A stretch of DNA of 64,000 nt from IMG/VR virus record IMGVR_UViG_3300027816_000051, positions 1-64,000 of that record. One strand, given 5' to 3'. The notes under the pieces are model-generated. The model did not search any database. It was not told the origin of the DNA and saw only the letters and a program-made list of their open reading frames with translations. Made by a program: the position numbers and the translations under genes. This document shows, piece after piece, positions 41,219-50,817 of the stretch. The first letter of the stretch is position 1; the number at the start of each line of letters is the position of its first letter.

Positions 41219-41998
41219 TTAATTTTCTACATAGTTTATGTCTCTGTTATTTTTAAAGAAAAACTCTTTTTTTGCAGTGTCTAACCAAAATTTAACCTCT
41301 TCTTGTGAGAGTCTCATTTTCTCTGAATTTTTATAATTCCAAAATAAAGAATCCTCTCTAAAGTTTACGTGTTGGTATCCTAATCTTGGAATCGTCATCA
41401 CAATAACATTGTTATGTGTTAATCTTAATAAAAATTCATAACCAAACGTTAGTTTAATATTTGATTTTAATTTACCATACTCCGTTATAACAGAAGTTTT
41501 GTATAGACCACCATTAATTTGAAAGTTTTGATATTCTAATAAGGCTTCATTATCTAAGAATCCCTGTTTATCTGTGAATCCGTAAGCCCAAGTCGATTCA
41601 TTGGTGTAACTTAAAAATTTACCTTCAACATTGATATCTTTTACTAAACTTAAAAAGGCACCGACTTCAGGGTTTTCATTTCTGTATGAGTTTACTAATG
41701 TTAACCAGTTTTTGTGGTACTCATCATCAACTTCCAAAATTGAAAACCACTCTGTGTCACAATTTGTGATACCAAGATTAATTTGTGAACAAAAATCATG
41801 TTCTCCACTGTTTTCGATTATTTTATATTCTAAATTAGATTGTTCAATGTTTATTTTTGAAACGACACTTGATGGTCCAACAATCAACAATTTCACATCG
41901 TTATAAAATTGTTCAACTGAACTGAATGCGTTTTTAAACATTGTTTCATATTCCTCGTCCCATTTATGAATGGGTAAAATTATTGATATGTCTTTCAT
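41219..41998 (-). CDS. Glycosyltransferase family 2
   Basis: ISIILPIH, INLGI, WFSILEVDDEY, YEFLLRL. Confidence 0.85.
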   Translation of the reverse strand: MKDISIILPIHKWDEEYETMFKNAFSSVEQFYNDVKLLIVGPSSVVSKINIEQSNLEYKIIENSGEHDFCSQINLGITNCDTEWFSILEVDDEYHKNWLTLVNSYRNENPEVGAFLSLVKDINVEGKFLSYTNESTWAYGFTDKQGFLDNEALLEYQNFQINGGLYKTSVITEYGKLKSNIKLTFGYEFLLRLTHNNVIVMTIPRLGYQHVNFREDSLFWNYKNSEKMRLSQEEVKFWLDTAKKEFFFKNNRDINYVEN

Positions 41999-43068
41999 GC
42001 TACTTCTTCTTTATTTTCTTCTTTTATTTTATTTAACGCCTTTTCTATTGCGTCAATTCTTTTATTTATGAATGAATCAAAAATATTTAATATGTTACTT
42101 TTTGTAATATCTGATTCATATGGTAACAATGTGTCTTTCATTTTCTTTTTGACATCATCATTAATTTCAACTCCCTCTAACCAAGCGTTGATATATGTTC
42201 CAAGGATTTCAACAATTTTTGAATCGTCATATGTCCACATTCCATTCTCACTTAACCAATCTGGTTCGTTCTTTGGTATTTTACCGATTACAGGTACTCC
42301 TGACTTCATCGATTCTAACGGGAAGGTTCCAAATGTGGAATCTTCATCTACCCATACCGAAACAACACATTCTCTTAGGTTATCGGCGAATTCTTGGTAA
42401 GACATATTAACCATGTCTCTAAAAGTCAACCATCTCAAATGTGGGTATCTAATATAAAATTCAGATATAATTCTCTTATTTGTTGACCTGTCTTTACACA
42501 TTATTGCAATGATTGGTTTTGTGTTTTTATCACTAACCTTAAATTCATCACTAATAATTGGAGGAATAATATGCACTAAAGACTCAGGGAAAACCTCACT
42601 AATGTATTTTTTAGAAAATTCAGTAGTTGTGATTACTCTATCAAATCCGTAGTCAGACCATCTACTACCAATTGGTAATGTTTCAAAAATGTATTCTTTT
42701 TGTTGAACTAACATGACTTTTACACATCTAATATTTGTCATGGACTCCAAAACATTTGAATAGTACTCGGGAACAATAATAACGTCTTCAATTTTAATTT
42801 CAACTCGGTCGTCTTTAATTGTTACGATTTCCAATTCAGAGTATGTATCCCCTAACCAAGAGTTAACCCCTGAATATGTTTTATCTTCAACAAGTAATTT
42901 TGAATTATACCCATTTTGCTTTAAAGTTAAAGCAATGTCGTAAATGTGTTTTACTGACGCTCTTGGGTTGTTTTTGGTATCGTACACCAAAAAATATATG
43001 GTGTTAGTTTTGGTGTTTAGTTTTTCTAAAGCCACCGATAATTTTTCTATGTTTTCTTTGTTATTCAT
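41995..43068 (-). CDS. Glycosyltransferase (GT-B/GT4-like)
   Basis: C-terminal STFGTFPLESMKSGVPVIG motif. Confidence 0.8.
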   Translation of the reverse strand: MNNKENIEKLSVALEKLNTKTNTIYFLVYDTKNNPRASVKHIYDIALTLKQNGYNSKLLVEDKTYSGVNSWLGDTYSELEIVTIKDDRVEIKIEDVIIVPEYYSNVLESMTNIRCVKVMLVQQKEYIFETLPIGSRWSDYGFDRVITTTEFSKKYISEVFPESLVHIIPPIISDEFKVSDKNTKPIIAIMCKDRSTNKRIISEFYIRYPHLRWLTFRDMVNMSYQEFADNLRECVVSVWVDEDSTFGTFPLESMKSGVPVIGKIPKNEPDWLSENGMWTYDDSKIVEILGTYINAWLEGVEINDDVKKKMKDTLLPYESDITKSNILNIFDSFINKRIDAIEKALNKIKEENKEEVA

Positions 43069-43342
43069 CTTCTGATATTAATATGTCATATTTTATTAGT
43101 GTGTTAAAAGCAATTTTAAAAGATATTGATAAACCGTTTTCACCGAATTCACCTAATCCTTCATCCACTTCTTCAAACTCATTTAGTATTCTTTCAATAC
43201 AAGTTTTGATAATCTCATATTTGAATAGGTTTATTTCTAATGTTGTGGTTCCGTCTTCATTTTGGATTTGATTACCCGTTTGACATTTGTTACTGATTCC
43301 ATCAACATCGATATAATAGTTTTTACCGAAAATTTCAACCAT
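43061..43342 (-). CDS. Hypothetical protein
   Basis: Clean ORF; overlapped by 3' end of the upstream gene. Confidence 0.75.
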   Translation of the reverse strand: MVEIFGKNYYIDVDGISNKCQTGNQIQNEDGTTTLEINLFKYEIIKTCIERILNEFEEVDEGLGEFGENGLSISFKIAFNTLIKYDILISEDE

Positions 43343-43917
43343 GTTTTATTTATTTCTGATAATTTATTTATTTGTAGTTTATTTGTAAAGTTATTATTAT
43401 AAAAGGTATTAAATTTTATAACCTTTTTGTGTATTGGACATTGTGAAACAACATTTATATCATCTGTTATCCATAAATCACATTTTTTCCATAATTTTTT
43501 TATCTCATCAGGCGTTGAAAAAACGATATTATCAGCCATAATACCGTTTTTTGAAAGAAAGAAAAGTGTGGCAGGTTTTGCTTTACCTTTTTCACTTAAA
43601 CCAACTAAAGTTATTTTAGCATTTTTGTTTTCAAAAATGAATGTGTTTAATTCAGTGGCGGCTTGATTATAACTTAAACCGGCGTGTCCATATATTTCAA
43701 TTGGGAAATCGAAATATAAAAATTTATTAAATTCATCGATTGATTGAAACTTGTAGGTACTTAACAAATTTTCAATAGATATTGGTACACCATTTACACC
43801 ATAATCAAACTTTTCTTCTTCGTCTGTTTCAGTGTTTAAGAAATAATCTTTATAATGGTAATCAAATTTCTGTATCGTGTTTCTTAAAACACCATCAATA
43901 CTAACAAATATTTCCAT
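43237..43917 (-). CDS. HAD-like 5'(3')-nucleotidase homolog with altered motif I
   Basis: FVSIDGVLRN (DxDGVL with first Asp replaced by Ser); LWITDD motif IV-like. Confidence 0.65.
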   Translation of the reverse strand: MEIFVSIDGVLRNTIQKFDYHYKDYFLNTETDEEEKFDYGVNGVPISIENLLSTYKFQSIDEFNKFLYFDFPIEIYGHAGLSYNQAATELNTFIFENKNAKITLVGLSEKGKAKPATLFFLSKNGIMADNIVFSTPDEIKKLWKKCDLWITDDINVVSQCPIHKKVIKFNTFYNNNFTNKLQINKLSEINKTWLKFSVKTIISMLMESVTNVKRVIKSKMKTEPQH

Positions 43918-43954
43918 ATAGGAAATATAATAGATAAAATATTATAAGTAAAGT

Positions 43955-44671
43955 TTAATCGTACCTTTTTAAGATTTGAGTGATGATTGGATTTCTAACA
44001 ATATCCTCATTACCAAATTCAAATACACCGACATTTTTTAAATCACCAAGTCTTACTTTTGCGTCGTATAATCCGGTTTTTGTTTTGTCTTTAAATTTGT
44101 CTGATTGTTCTAAATCTCCTGAAATAAAAAACTTTGAATTGAACCCAATACGGGTCAATAAAAGTTTCATTTGTGACGGGGTTGTGTTTTGAGCTTCTTC
44201 GAATACTAAAATTGTGTTGTCAACATTCCAACCTCTCATATAAGCCAATGCGGCAATTTCAATAAATCCTTCATCCTTTAATTTTTCTCTAGCATCTTTA
44301 CCAATTATTTTATTTAGTAAATAATATGAAGGATAGATGTATGGGTCAAGTTTTTCTTCTAATCCACCGGGTAGTGAACCTAATTTTTCCTCAGCTTCAA
44401 CCGCTGGTCTAACAATGATAATTTTTTCGTATTTATTACTGTCGTCCCAAAGTAAATCAACAGCCCTTTTCATTGCAATATATGATTTACCAACACCAGC
44501 AGGACCAAAACAAAGTGTTATTTCGTTTTCACCTAAAGTTCTCCAATAGTCTTCTTGATTCTTGGTTAGAAATTTTTCTTTAGGTTGTTTTATTATTTGC
44601 CTAATTCTATCTTTTTTAGGTGTTTTTTTATCTTCTACAAGATTTACGGTTTTTGTTGTTGATTTTCTCAA
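43955..44671 (-). CDS. phoH: PhoH-family ATPase
   Basis: GPAGVGKS, IVRPAVEA.EKLGSLPG, LAYMRG, EEAQNTT..QMK.LLTRIG..SK..ISGD..Q.D. Confidence 0.95.
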   Translation of the reverse strand: MRKSTTKTVNLVEDKKTPKKDRIRQIIKQPKEKFLTKNQEDYWRTLGENEITLCFGPAGVGKSYIAMKRAVDLLWDDSNKYEKIIIVRPAVEAEEKLGSLPGGLEEKLDPYIYPSYYLLNKIIGKDAREKLKDEGFIEIAALAYMRGWNVDNTILVFEEAQNTTPSQMKLLLTRIGFNSKFFISGDLEQSDKFKDKTKTGLYDAKVRLGDLKNVGVFEFGNEDIVRNPIITQILKRYD

Positions 44672-44697
44672 TTGAGTGTTTTTTATTAATATAATTA

Positions 44698-45303
44698 TTA
44701 TGAACCTGTAGAACCAAATCCACCTTCACCCCTATCTGTTTGAGACAATTCGTCCACCTCTACAAAGGTTACAGAAGGATAAGGTATTATCATTATTTGA
44801 GCAATTCTATCACCCACTTTATAATCTAATTCATCTAATCTGACATCGTTTTTACCAAAGACTTTTTTAAATGTTGCTTGGATTTCACCTCTATATCCAC
44901 TGTCAATAACCCCAACACAATTTGTAAGTGATAAATCGGTTTTTCTAATAGAAGAGCGAGGAAAAACTAAACCAACGTATCCTTTTGGTATTTCCATGGC
45001 GATTCCTGTACCATAAGTAACATCAAATGTGGTATTTGAAATTATTTCTGTTGCAACCAAATCCATACCAGCGTCCCCATCTTTTGCGTATTTGGGAATT
45101 ACCGCTTTCGGATGTAATCTTTTAACTTTAACTTCAAAACGATTAACCTGTTCCTCAACTTGATTTTTAATATCATCACCGAGATTAAATAATAAATTAT
45201 TTAAATCTCCCATAATTGATGTGTCGTCAGAATTATCACTAAGGATTTCTTTTTCTAATTCTTGTAGTCGTTTGATATACGACTCAATTTCATTTTTGTC
45301 CAT
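44698..45303 (-). CDS. dut: dUTPase (trimeric type) with N-terminal extension
   Basis: DAGMDL, PRSS, GVIDSGYRGEI, DRIAQ, RGEGGFGSTG. Confidence 0.95.
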   Translation of the reverse strand: MDKNEIESYIKRLQELEKEILSDNSDDTSIMGDLNNLLFNLGDDIKNQVEEQVNRFEVKVKRLHPKAVIPKYAKDGDAGMDLVATEIISNTTFDVTYGTGIAMEIPKGYVGLVFPRSSIRKTDLSLTNCVGVIDSGYRGEIQATFKKVFGKNDVRLDELDYKVGDRIAQIMIIPYPSVTFVEVDELSQTDRGEGGFGSTGS

Positions 45304-45856
45304 TTTTTTCTTCTATGATTGATAGTTCAAAACCGATTCTTATTACGTTGGATAAAGTACCCGAACGATATTTCGCCATTTTATCATCAGATTCTTTATC
45401 TGAATTCATAATTGATTGAAATTCATCTTCTGATAATTTTACTCCATTGTTTACCGCATAATATACTGCTCGTTCTCCTGATTTCATTGAAACTTCTTGT
45501 TCATTGAATTCGTACATTTTACCAAGGTTTTTTCTATGCCATTCACTTGGGTTTGGTTTAAACATAAAAGTTTTACCAATCTGTGATAAAAATATACACT
45601 TCAAAATAGAAGAAGTTTCTACCCTCATTGTTTCAGGGAGTAGTTCATTGGTTTTAACCGAATACTTCGCAGCTTTAAAACAATGACTTAATAGACCACC
45701 CGGAAAACACCCATACATGTCTAAAGATGTGGATGCTGGTGCTAAAAAAAAGTCATTACCCAAAAAGTCTAACAACTCTTCTGTAAAAATTTTATATTTT
45801 GAGTTCGTTTCAAGAAACTTTTTCTTGTTTGACTCTATTTGTTCTGCGGTTAACAT
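45290..45856 (-). CDS. Degenerate HD-domain (YhaM-like) protein
   Basis: APAS...GGLLSH retained, but LHDxGK is LSQIGK. Confidence 0.65.
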   Translation of the reverse strand: MLTAEQIESNKKKFLETNSKYKIFTEELLDFLGNDFFLAPASTSLDMYGCFPGGLLSHCFKAAKYSVKTNELLPETMRVETSSILKCIFLSQIGKTFMFKPNPSEWHRKNLGKMYEFNEQEVSMKSGERAVYYAVNNGVKLSEDEFQSIMNSDKESDDKMAKYRSGTLSNVIRIGFELSIIEEKNGQK

Positions 45857-45861
45857 TTTAA

Positions 45862-46095
45862 TTATTTTTTAAAGTACTCAGGAGTATTTTGTGGGTCAAT
45901 AATACATTCGATTGGCATCTTTACAATCGCCAAACTTTCTGAAGACCTCATGTCTCCGGCTCTGTACTTTGAAACAACCAAAGTCGCTTCTTCAACCGAC
46001 TCAGCTTCTACAATGTACTTAACTTTTTGTAATCTTGGATTACCGTTTCTGTCTAAATTTTCGGTTTCATAACCTACTGTTACTAAATAATGCAT
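45862..46095 (-). CDS. Small protein resembling DUF4494
   Basis: Y.V...YE....NG....K.KYIVEAESVEEA pattern. Confidence 0.55.
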   Translation of the reverse strand: MHYLVTVGYETENLDRNGNPRLQKVKYIVEAESVEEATLVVSKYRAGDMRSSESLAIVKMPIECIIDPQNTPEYFKK

Positions 46096-46107
46096 GGTTT
46101 TTTGTTT

Positions 46108-47328
46108 TTAAATTATTGATTTGAAAAATTCTGTTCTGTTTTTTGAAACTGTTACTAAAGAGTATTTGTCTTTCACTGTTTCGTATAATCTATTACCCAA
46201 GTCTTCAACCATATTTGGATTGTCTATTAATAATTTCATATACTTTGACCACAGTTTATGGTTTTTGTTTTCATGTACTAATAAAGCATTACCGTCATCT
46301 AATAACTTACCTTCTTTGTATGCAGTTTTTAAATCAATTGTATACGGCATTGTTTCACTTGCAATGATAGGTTTTTTATGGAAGCCCGCCTCAATTATTT
46401 TTAATTGTGATTTACAGGAATTGAATTCTGATGGTATGATTGGTGCTAAAGATACATCAAATAAGTTATAATTAGAACCATATCTACCAATTGGTTGTGT
46501 CCAAACTCTTCTATATTTTTTATCACTAACGTCAATTTCTGGTGTTTGTGTAAAATTCATTAAATATGATTTATACTCGGGGTCAACTGTTTTGTAATTG
46601 TCCGTAAATATTTGTTCGTATTTGTACCAAACCGTTTCGGTGGGTTGAATTTGTCTTGTTTTTCTTTCGCCTGTTTGTGGATTTACTTCCGTGATTGAAC
46701 CCCTTAAATCGTAACCACACAAAACAAATTGAATATTATCGTATTGATTAGCAATCATTGAAATTCCACCTCTAATTTGTTCTAAATCATGTAAGTGAGT
46801 TGAACCTCCAAGCCACCCAAATCTAAGTCTATCTGACTCTGTGGGTTTAGGTTGGAATTGACTTTCATTCGGGTCAATTGCATTGGGGAATACTAAAACA
46901 TTTTTTAAATTTAATCTTTTTCTTAAAGTTTCAGCAAAATATTCGGTCGTACACGTAACGTAGTCCGACTCTTTCATCATGTCGGCTTTTTTCTTCGGTA
47001 ACTCGTTTTCTCTAATGTGAAAATACATTGGGTGTCTATGGTCGGGAGACCAATGGTCATCAATATCCATTACGATTTTAATACCTTGGGATTTTAACCA
47101 CTTAATTCTTGAAATATTTTCTTCGTGACTTGTTTGATGGATAAAACTATGGAATACTACAATATCGTAGTTCTTAAAAAAATTATCACTGTTTTCAACA
47201 GATAATGCAATGTCGACATGAAATTCGTCGGCATAATGGTCTCCAATAAATTTATATGGGTCTAATATTCTATATTTACCCACACCATGTGTATCGGGGG
47301 GTATTGCTAAAATTCTAATTTTTGACAT
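46108..47328 (-). CDS. Glycosyltransferase (GT-B/GT4-like)
   Basis: GVGKYRI..P, DIDDHW, VFPNAID, FGWLGGSTH..DL, FN.CKS.LKIIEAG. Confidence 0.88.
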   Translation of the reverse strand: MSKIRILAIPPDTHGVGKYRILDPYKFIGDHYADEFHVDIALSVENSDNFFKNYDIVVFHSFIHQTSHEENISRIKWLKSQGIKIVMDIDDHWSPDHRHPMYFHIRENELPKKKADMMKESDYVTCTTEYFAETLRKRLNLKNVLVFPNAIDPNESQFQPKPTESDRLRFGWLGGSTHLHDLEQIRGGISMIANQYDNIQFVLCGYDLRGSITEVNPQTGERKTRQIQPTETVWYKYEQIFTDNYKTVDPEYKSYLMNFTQTPEIDVSDKKYRRVWTQPIGRYGSNYNLFDVSLAPIIPSEFNSCKSQLKIIEAGFHKKPIIASETMPYTIDLKTAYKEGKLLDDGNALLVHENKNHKLWSKYMKLLIDNPNMVEDLGNRLYETVKDKYSLVTVSKNRTEFFKSII

Positions 47329-47379
47329 TCAAATTTTTCCTTTTTATAAATTATAAGAAAAAAAATTGAAAAGTCAAAC

Positions 47380-47961
47380 TTACTTAGATTTATTTACGCC
47401 AGTAATTTTACCTTTAAAAACAGAATCACCAACCTTTAATACCAAATTTTCATTGATACTCATGGTTTGTTGTGCCGTTAAAATTTGATTGAGTTTGGAA
47501 TCCATAATTTCGACTACAGTCTTTCTTACAATGTTTTCAATTATTGGTGTAAGTTGTTTAACTAAATCTGAACTATCCACTTGTGAACTCCTTTGTTGTG
47601 TAGATTTTTTTGTGGCGACACCTTCAGATTCCATTAGTTTTTTTGTTTTTTCAACAAAGTTTAAATCTAAAGAATCTGATAAACTAATTTGAGGTATCGG
47701 ATTTTCAATCATCGCTCTTTTGATTGCTTCAGGTAATTTGGATTCTTGTATTTTTTGCAAATTAGGTTGTTGTGGTTGTCTAATTTGTGGATTTTGATTT
47801 GATGATGATAATACATCTTCAGGGTTACTTCTTAATATTTCTTCGTTTACATGGCCAGTTTCAAAGTCTCCAGTTTCAACTTTGTTCAATATTTTTTTGG
47901 CTTGTACTAGTCTTTGCATTAGGTCATTTTGTGATATCACCCCTTGTCCTGTTTTTTCCAT
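47380..47961 (-). CDS. Hypothetical protein
   Basis: Clean ORF. Confidence 0.8.
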   Translation of the reverse strand: MEKTGQGVISQNDLMQRLVQAKKILNKVETGDFETGHVNEEILRSNPEDVLSSSNQNPQIRQPQQPNLQKIQESKLPEAIKRAMIENPIPQISLSDSLDLNFVEKTKKLMESEGVATKKSTQQRSSQVDSSDLVKQLTPIIENIVRKTVVEIMDSKLNQILTAQQTMSINENLVLKVGDSVFKGKITGVNKSK

Positions 47962-47988
47962 ATTGATTTTTTTATAAAATAAGTATTT

Positions 47989-48843
47989 TTAAAAGAAAAT
48001 TAAAGTCTTGATTCTTTTTAATTGTTCTTGCAGTTCAACGGGTTCTTCCGATGACGGTTCAATAACTTTAATATTATCTTGTTTTAGTAGTCTATCTAAA
48101 TCTGACTCAGAATCTTTTTCCATTCTTCTTCTTGTTCCCTCACCCGCATTTACATTTCCACCAATTTCTGTTTGTGATTTTTTCCAATCATCCATTTTCT
48201 TTTTGTATAAATCATCAATCGCGGTTTTAAAATCTTCAGGATTAATTTGTTTTATATTGTCAACAACTTTTACTTTAGTTTTTAAATCATTGAAAACTTC
48301 GACTTCTCTTTTTGGTGTTTCAACCGGAGTGACCGTTGGTTTTTCTTTTGGTTTTGGTTGAGGTAGTTCCTGTCTTCTTGGTTCTTCTTTACGTTTTGGT
48401 TCAGGTGATGGTGTTGGTTTTGTTTGTTGGGGTTGTTTCACGGCTCCCCAATCACTTGTTACATATGTTGTGGAAAAACTTTTATCATCACCTTCTTTAT
48501 ATCCGGGTCTTTTTTGTGTGAATTGTTCGTCCTCGTAAACTTGTACTGAACCAGATGATATTCTGTCTAAAATAAATGTTCTCCATCCATGCTCTCTAAA
48601 TCCTTTTTTAGAAACTGACGGTGGTTGTACCCACCCTCTGACAGCTAAATTTCCTTTTTTAGTTAATCCCGATGCAACCAATTCGGCTTTAATTCTTCTA
48701 CCAGGTAAAACTTCACCTTTTGGTCCTCTATAATCAAAAGAAACGGGCATCCTATTTTTAATAGCATATTCAAGAGTTTTTTGGGTACCCCTTGAAGGTG
48801 CCTCAGTAAGAATGTTTGTTAATATTGATTCAAAGTTTATCAT
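47989..48843 (-). CDS. WYL-domain protein (no HTH) with Pro/Glu/Lys-rich tail
   Basis: AIKNRMPVSFDY......R......L...LAVRGW......WRTFILDRI matches the WYL pattern. Confidence 0.7.
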   Translation of the reverse strand: MINFESILTNILTEAPSRGTQKTLEYAIKNRMPVSFDYRGPKGEVLPGRRIKAELVASGLTKKGNLAVRGWVQPPSVSKKGFREHGWRTFILDRISSGSVQVYEDEQFTQKRPGYKEGDDKSFSTTYVTSDWGAVKQPQQTKPTPSPEPKRKEEPRRQELPQPKPKEKPTVTPVETPKREVEVFNDLKTKVKVVDNIKQINPEDFKTAIDDLYKKKMDDWKKSQTEIGGNVNAGEGTRRRMEKDSESDLDRLLKQDNIKVIEPSSEEPVELQEQLKRIKTLIFF

Positions 48844-49508
48844 TAAAAATCAGGATATGTTTTTGTACTACCGTATTTGTTTTTAGCGCCTAAAGTTGTC
48901 CTCTCATTTATGTCGGTAACAGTACCTACACCACCTGTATTATTTTCTCCTCTACCTCTTTCATCACCATCTGATATTGCATTTGGGTTAATGGTTGAGT
49001 ACCCAAAATTATTATTGTAAATATTTTTAGCTAATAGAGTTGTCCTCTCATTTATGTCGGTAACAGTGCCTACACCACCTGTATTATTTTCTCCTCTACC
49101 TCTTTCATCACCATCTGACAAAGCGTTTGGATTACCTGAAGAATATTGAAAAGAGTTATTGTAAATATTTTTAGCTAAAAGACTATTTCTTTCCGCGATG
49201 TCGGTTTTAGAACCAATACTATTATTCAGTTCTCCTTTACCTTTTTCATCACCGTCTGACAGTGCGTTAGGATTACCACTGTTATACTGATTTGTTGGAC
49301 CGTAAGGATTTTTTGCGACTAAAGAAGTTCTTTCCATGATATCAGTTTTAGAACCAATATTTCCGCTTAATTCACCTTTTCCTCTTTCATCACCGTCTGA
49401 TAACGCACCAGTATTATTTGAACTGTACAAATCTCCAAGATTGTATTCGTTCCTTGACATGAGAATGTTTCTCTCTCTATCTCCGATTATTTCTAATTGT
49501 GTTGGCAT
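48843..49508 (-). CDS. Tandem 47/48-aa repeat protein
   Basis: Four repeats of NALSDGDE(R/K)G(K/R)GE...G..TDI.ER..L.AKN.Y. Confidence 0.85.
   Translation of the reverse strand: MPTQLEIIGDRERNILMSRNEYNLGDLYSSNNTGALSDGDERGKGELSGNIGSKTDIMERTSLVAKNPYGPTNQYNSGNPNALSDGDEKGKGELNNSIGSKTDIAERNSLLAKNIYNNSFQYSSGNPNALSDGDERGRGENNTGGVGTVTDINERTTLLAKNIYNNNFGYSTINPNAISDGDERGRGENNTGGVGTVTDINERTTLGAKNKYGSTKTYPDF
48878..49420. repeat. 141/144-bp tandem coding repeat
   Basis: CTCTCATTTATGTCGGTAACAGT at 48901 and 49045 (period 144). Confidence 0.9.
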
Positions 49509-49509
49509 A

Positions 49510-50007
49510 TTAGTAACTAATTAATTTTTTTATTTTATCTATTTCTTCAAATAATTTCATTGATGTAAGTGGAGATACACTCGTCTTATGAGAATTACTC
49601 TTAATCAAATTTGTTGGAATTTTAAAACTAAATCTTTTTTTGTGTGATTTTAAATGACTGTTTTTTCTTTCCCCTGTCATTGACGTAATCTCATCGGCTC
49701 TTTTTTTGGAGTCTTTTCTATTACTTACTAAATCTCTTTCTCCTTGTAAAAATTGTTTAGCCCATTTTTCCATGAGGTCTCCGCCACATAAGTCGTACTT
49801 AGTTTTTTCTTGCATTTTATCCATATTTTGGATGTCATGGATAATTCTTTTAAGTTGACCGTATTTTACTTTTTTATCAATTAAAAGTTTTTTAGCTCTT
49901 TCAATACCTCGCACATTTTCACCGTTTAAACCAACTACAGTGTGGTTTATCTTGTCTAAAATATCTTGCGGGATATCAAAAATTCTACCTTTTAATTCTT
50001 TATTCAT
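49510..50007 (-). CDS. Hypothetical basic protein
   Basis: Clean ORF in late operon. Confidence 0.8.
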   Translation of the reverse strand: MNKELKGRIFDIPQDILDKINHTVVGLNGENVRGIERAKKLLIDKKVKYGQLKRIIHDIQNMDKMQEKTKYDLCGGDLMEKWAKQFLQGERDLVSNRKDSKKRADEITSMTGERKNSHLKSHKKRFSFKIPTNLIKSNSHKTSVSPLTSMKLFEEIDKIKKLISY

Positions 50008-50761
50008 CGGAATCTTCTTCCTTTTTAAGGATATTAATTACATCTTCAACAGATACGTTATTTTTTACTAAAGTATTTTTTAAAGACATAACCTGTCTTT
50101 TAATAATTGGACTTAATTCTGTTTCAATATCTTCTGTTTGGTCTTTTTTTACTAAATCACTACTGTTAGATTTTTTATTAAGAACACTTTCAACATAATC
50201 ATTTACAAATTTTTTAGGATTTTCAATAAGTCTGACCTTGTCTCCTTTTAATTTTTCATCATAACCATAGGAAGATAATCTTTCTTTGCTCTCATCATCA
50301 CTCATACCTAAATCGTCTTCAAAATATTCATAAGCACCTTCAATGTCTTCGTCCTGACCTAAAGTTTTTTCATAACCTAAAGCTTTACTTAAATCAGACT
50401 CCGTCCAATATTTTATGGTTGTATTTGTCCCATGAGCAATACCATGTGTACCCATTTGACCAAAACCTGTTTTGACAACTTTATCGGTTATTGCGTGAGA
50501 ACCACCTTTACTTGCTTTAGAAATTGGAATTTTTCTTCTTGCTACGTTACCTTTTTCATCAACAATTTCATCTACCTCAGTTTCAACCTTTTCTGGAATT
50601 TTCTCAAAGTCGGTATCATCAGAATATTCTTTGGCCCACTTTGACCATTTTTTTCTTTCTTTCTTTGGGATTGACTTATCGTTTGCTTTCGCGTAGAAAT
50701 ATCTTTGTTGTTTTTTGGACGCAAATGTCTCTTCAATTATATTTTTAACATATTTATCCAT
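50000..50761 (-). CDS. Hypothetical protein
   Basis: TATTTATA (minus) at 50778; FASKKQQRYFYAKA motif. Confidence 0.8.
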   Translation of the reverse strand: MDKYVKNIIEETFASKKQQRYFYAKANDKSIPKKERKKWSKWAKEYSDDTDFEKIPEKVETEVDEIVDEKGNVARRKIPISKASKGGSHAITDKVVKTGFGQMGTHGIAHGTNTTIKYWTESDLSKALGYEKTLGQDEDIEGAYEYFEDDLGMSDDESKERLSSYGYDEKLKGDKVRLIENPKKFVNDYVESVLNKKSNSSDLVKKDQTEDIETELSPIIKRQVMSLKNTLVKNNVSVEDVINILKKEEDSDE

Positions 50762-50777
50762 GCAATTATCTTTTTAA

Positions 50778-50810
50778 TATAAATATCAAAAGAAAGGAAA
50801 GATATTTATA
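50778..50810. promoter_or_regulatory. Back-to-back divergent TATTTATA motifs
   Basis: Minus copy 50778-50785 and plus copy 50803-50810 between divergent genes. Confidence 0.7.
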
Positions 50811-50817
50811 GAATATC

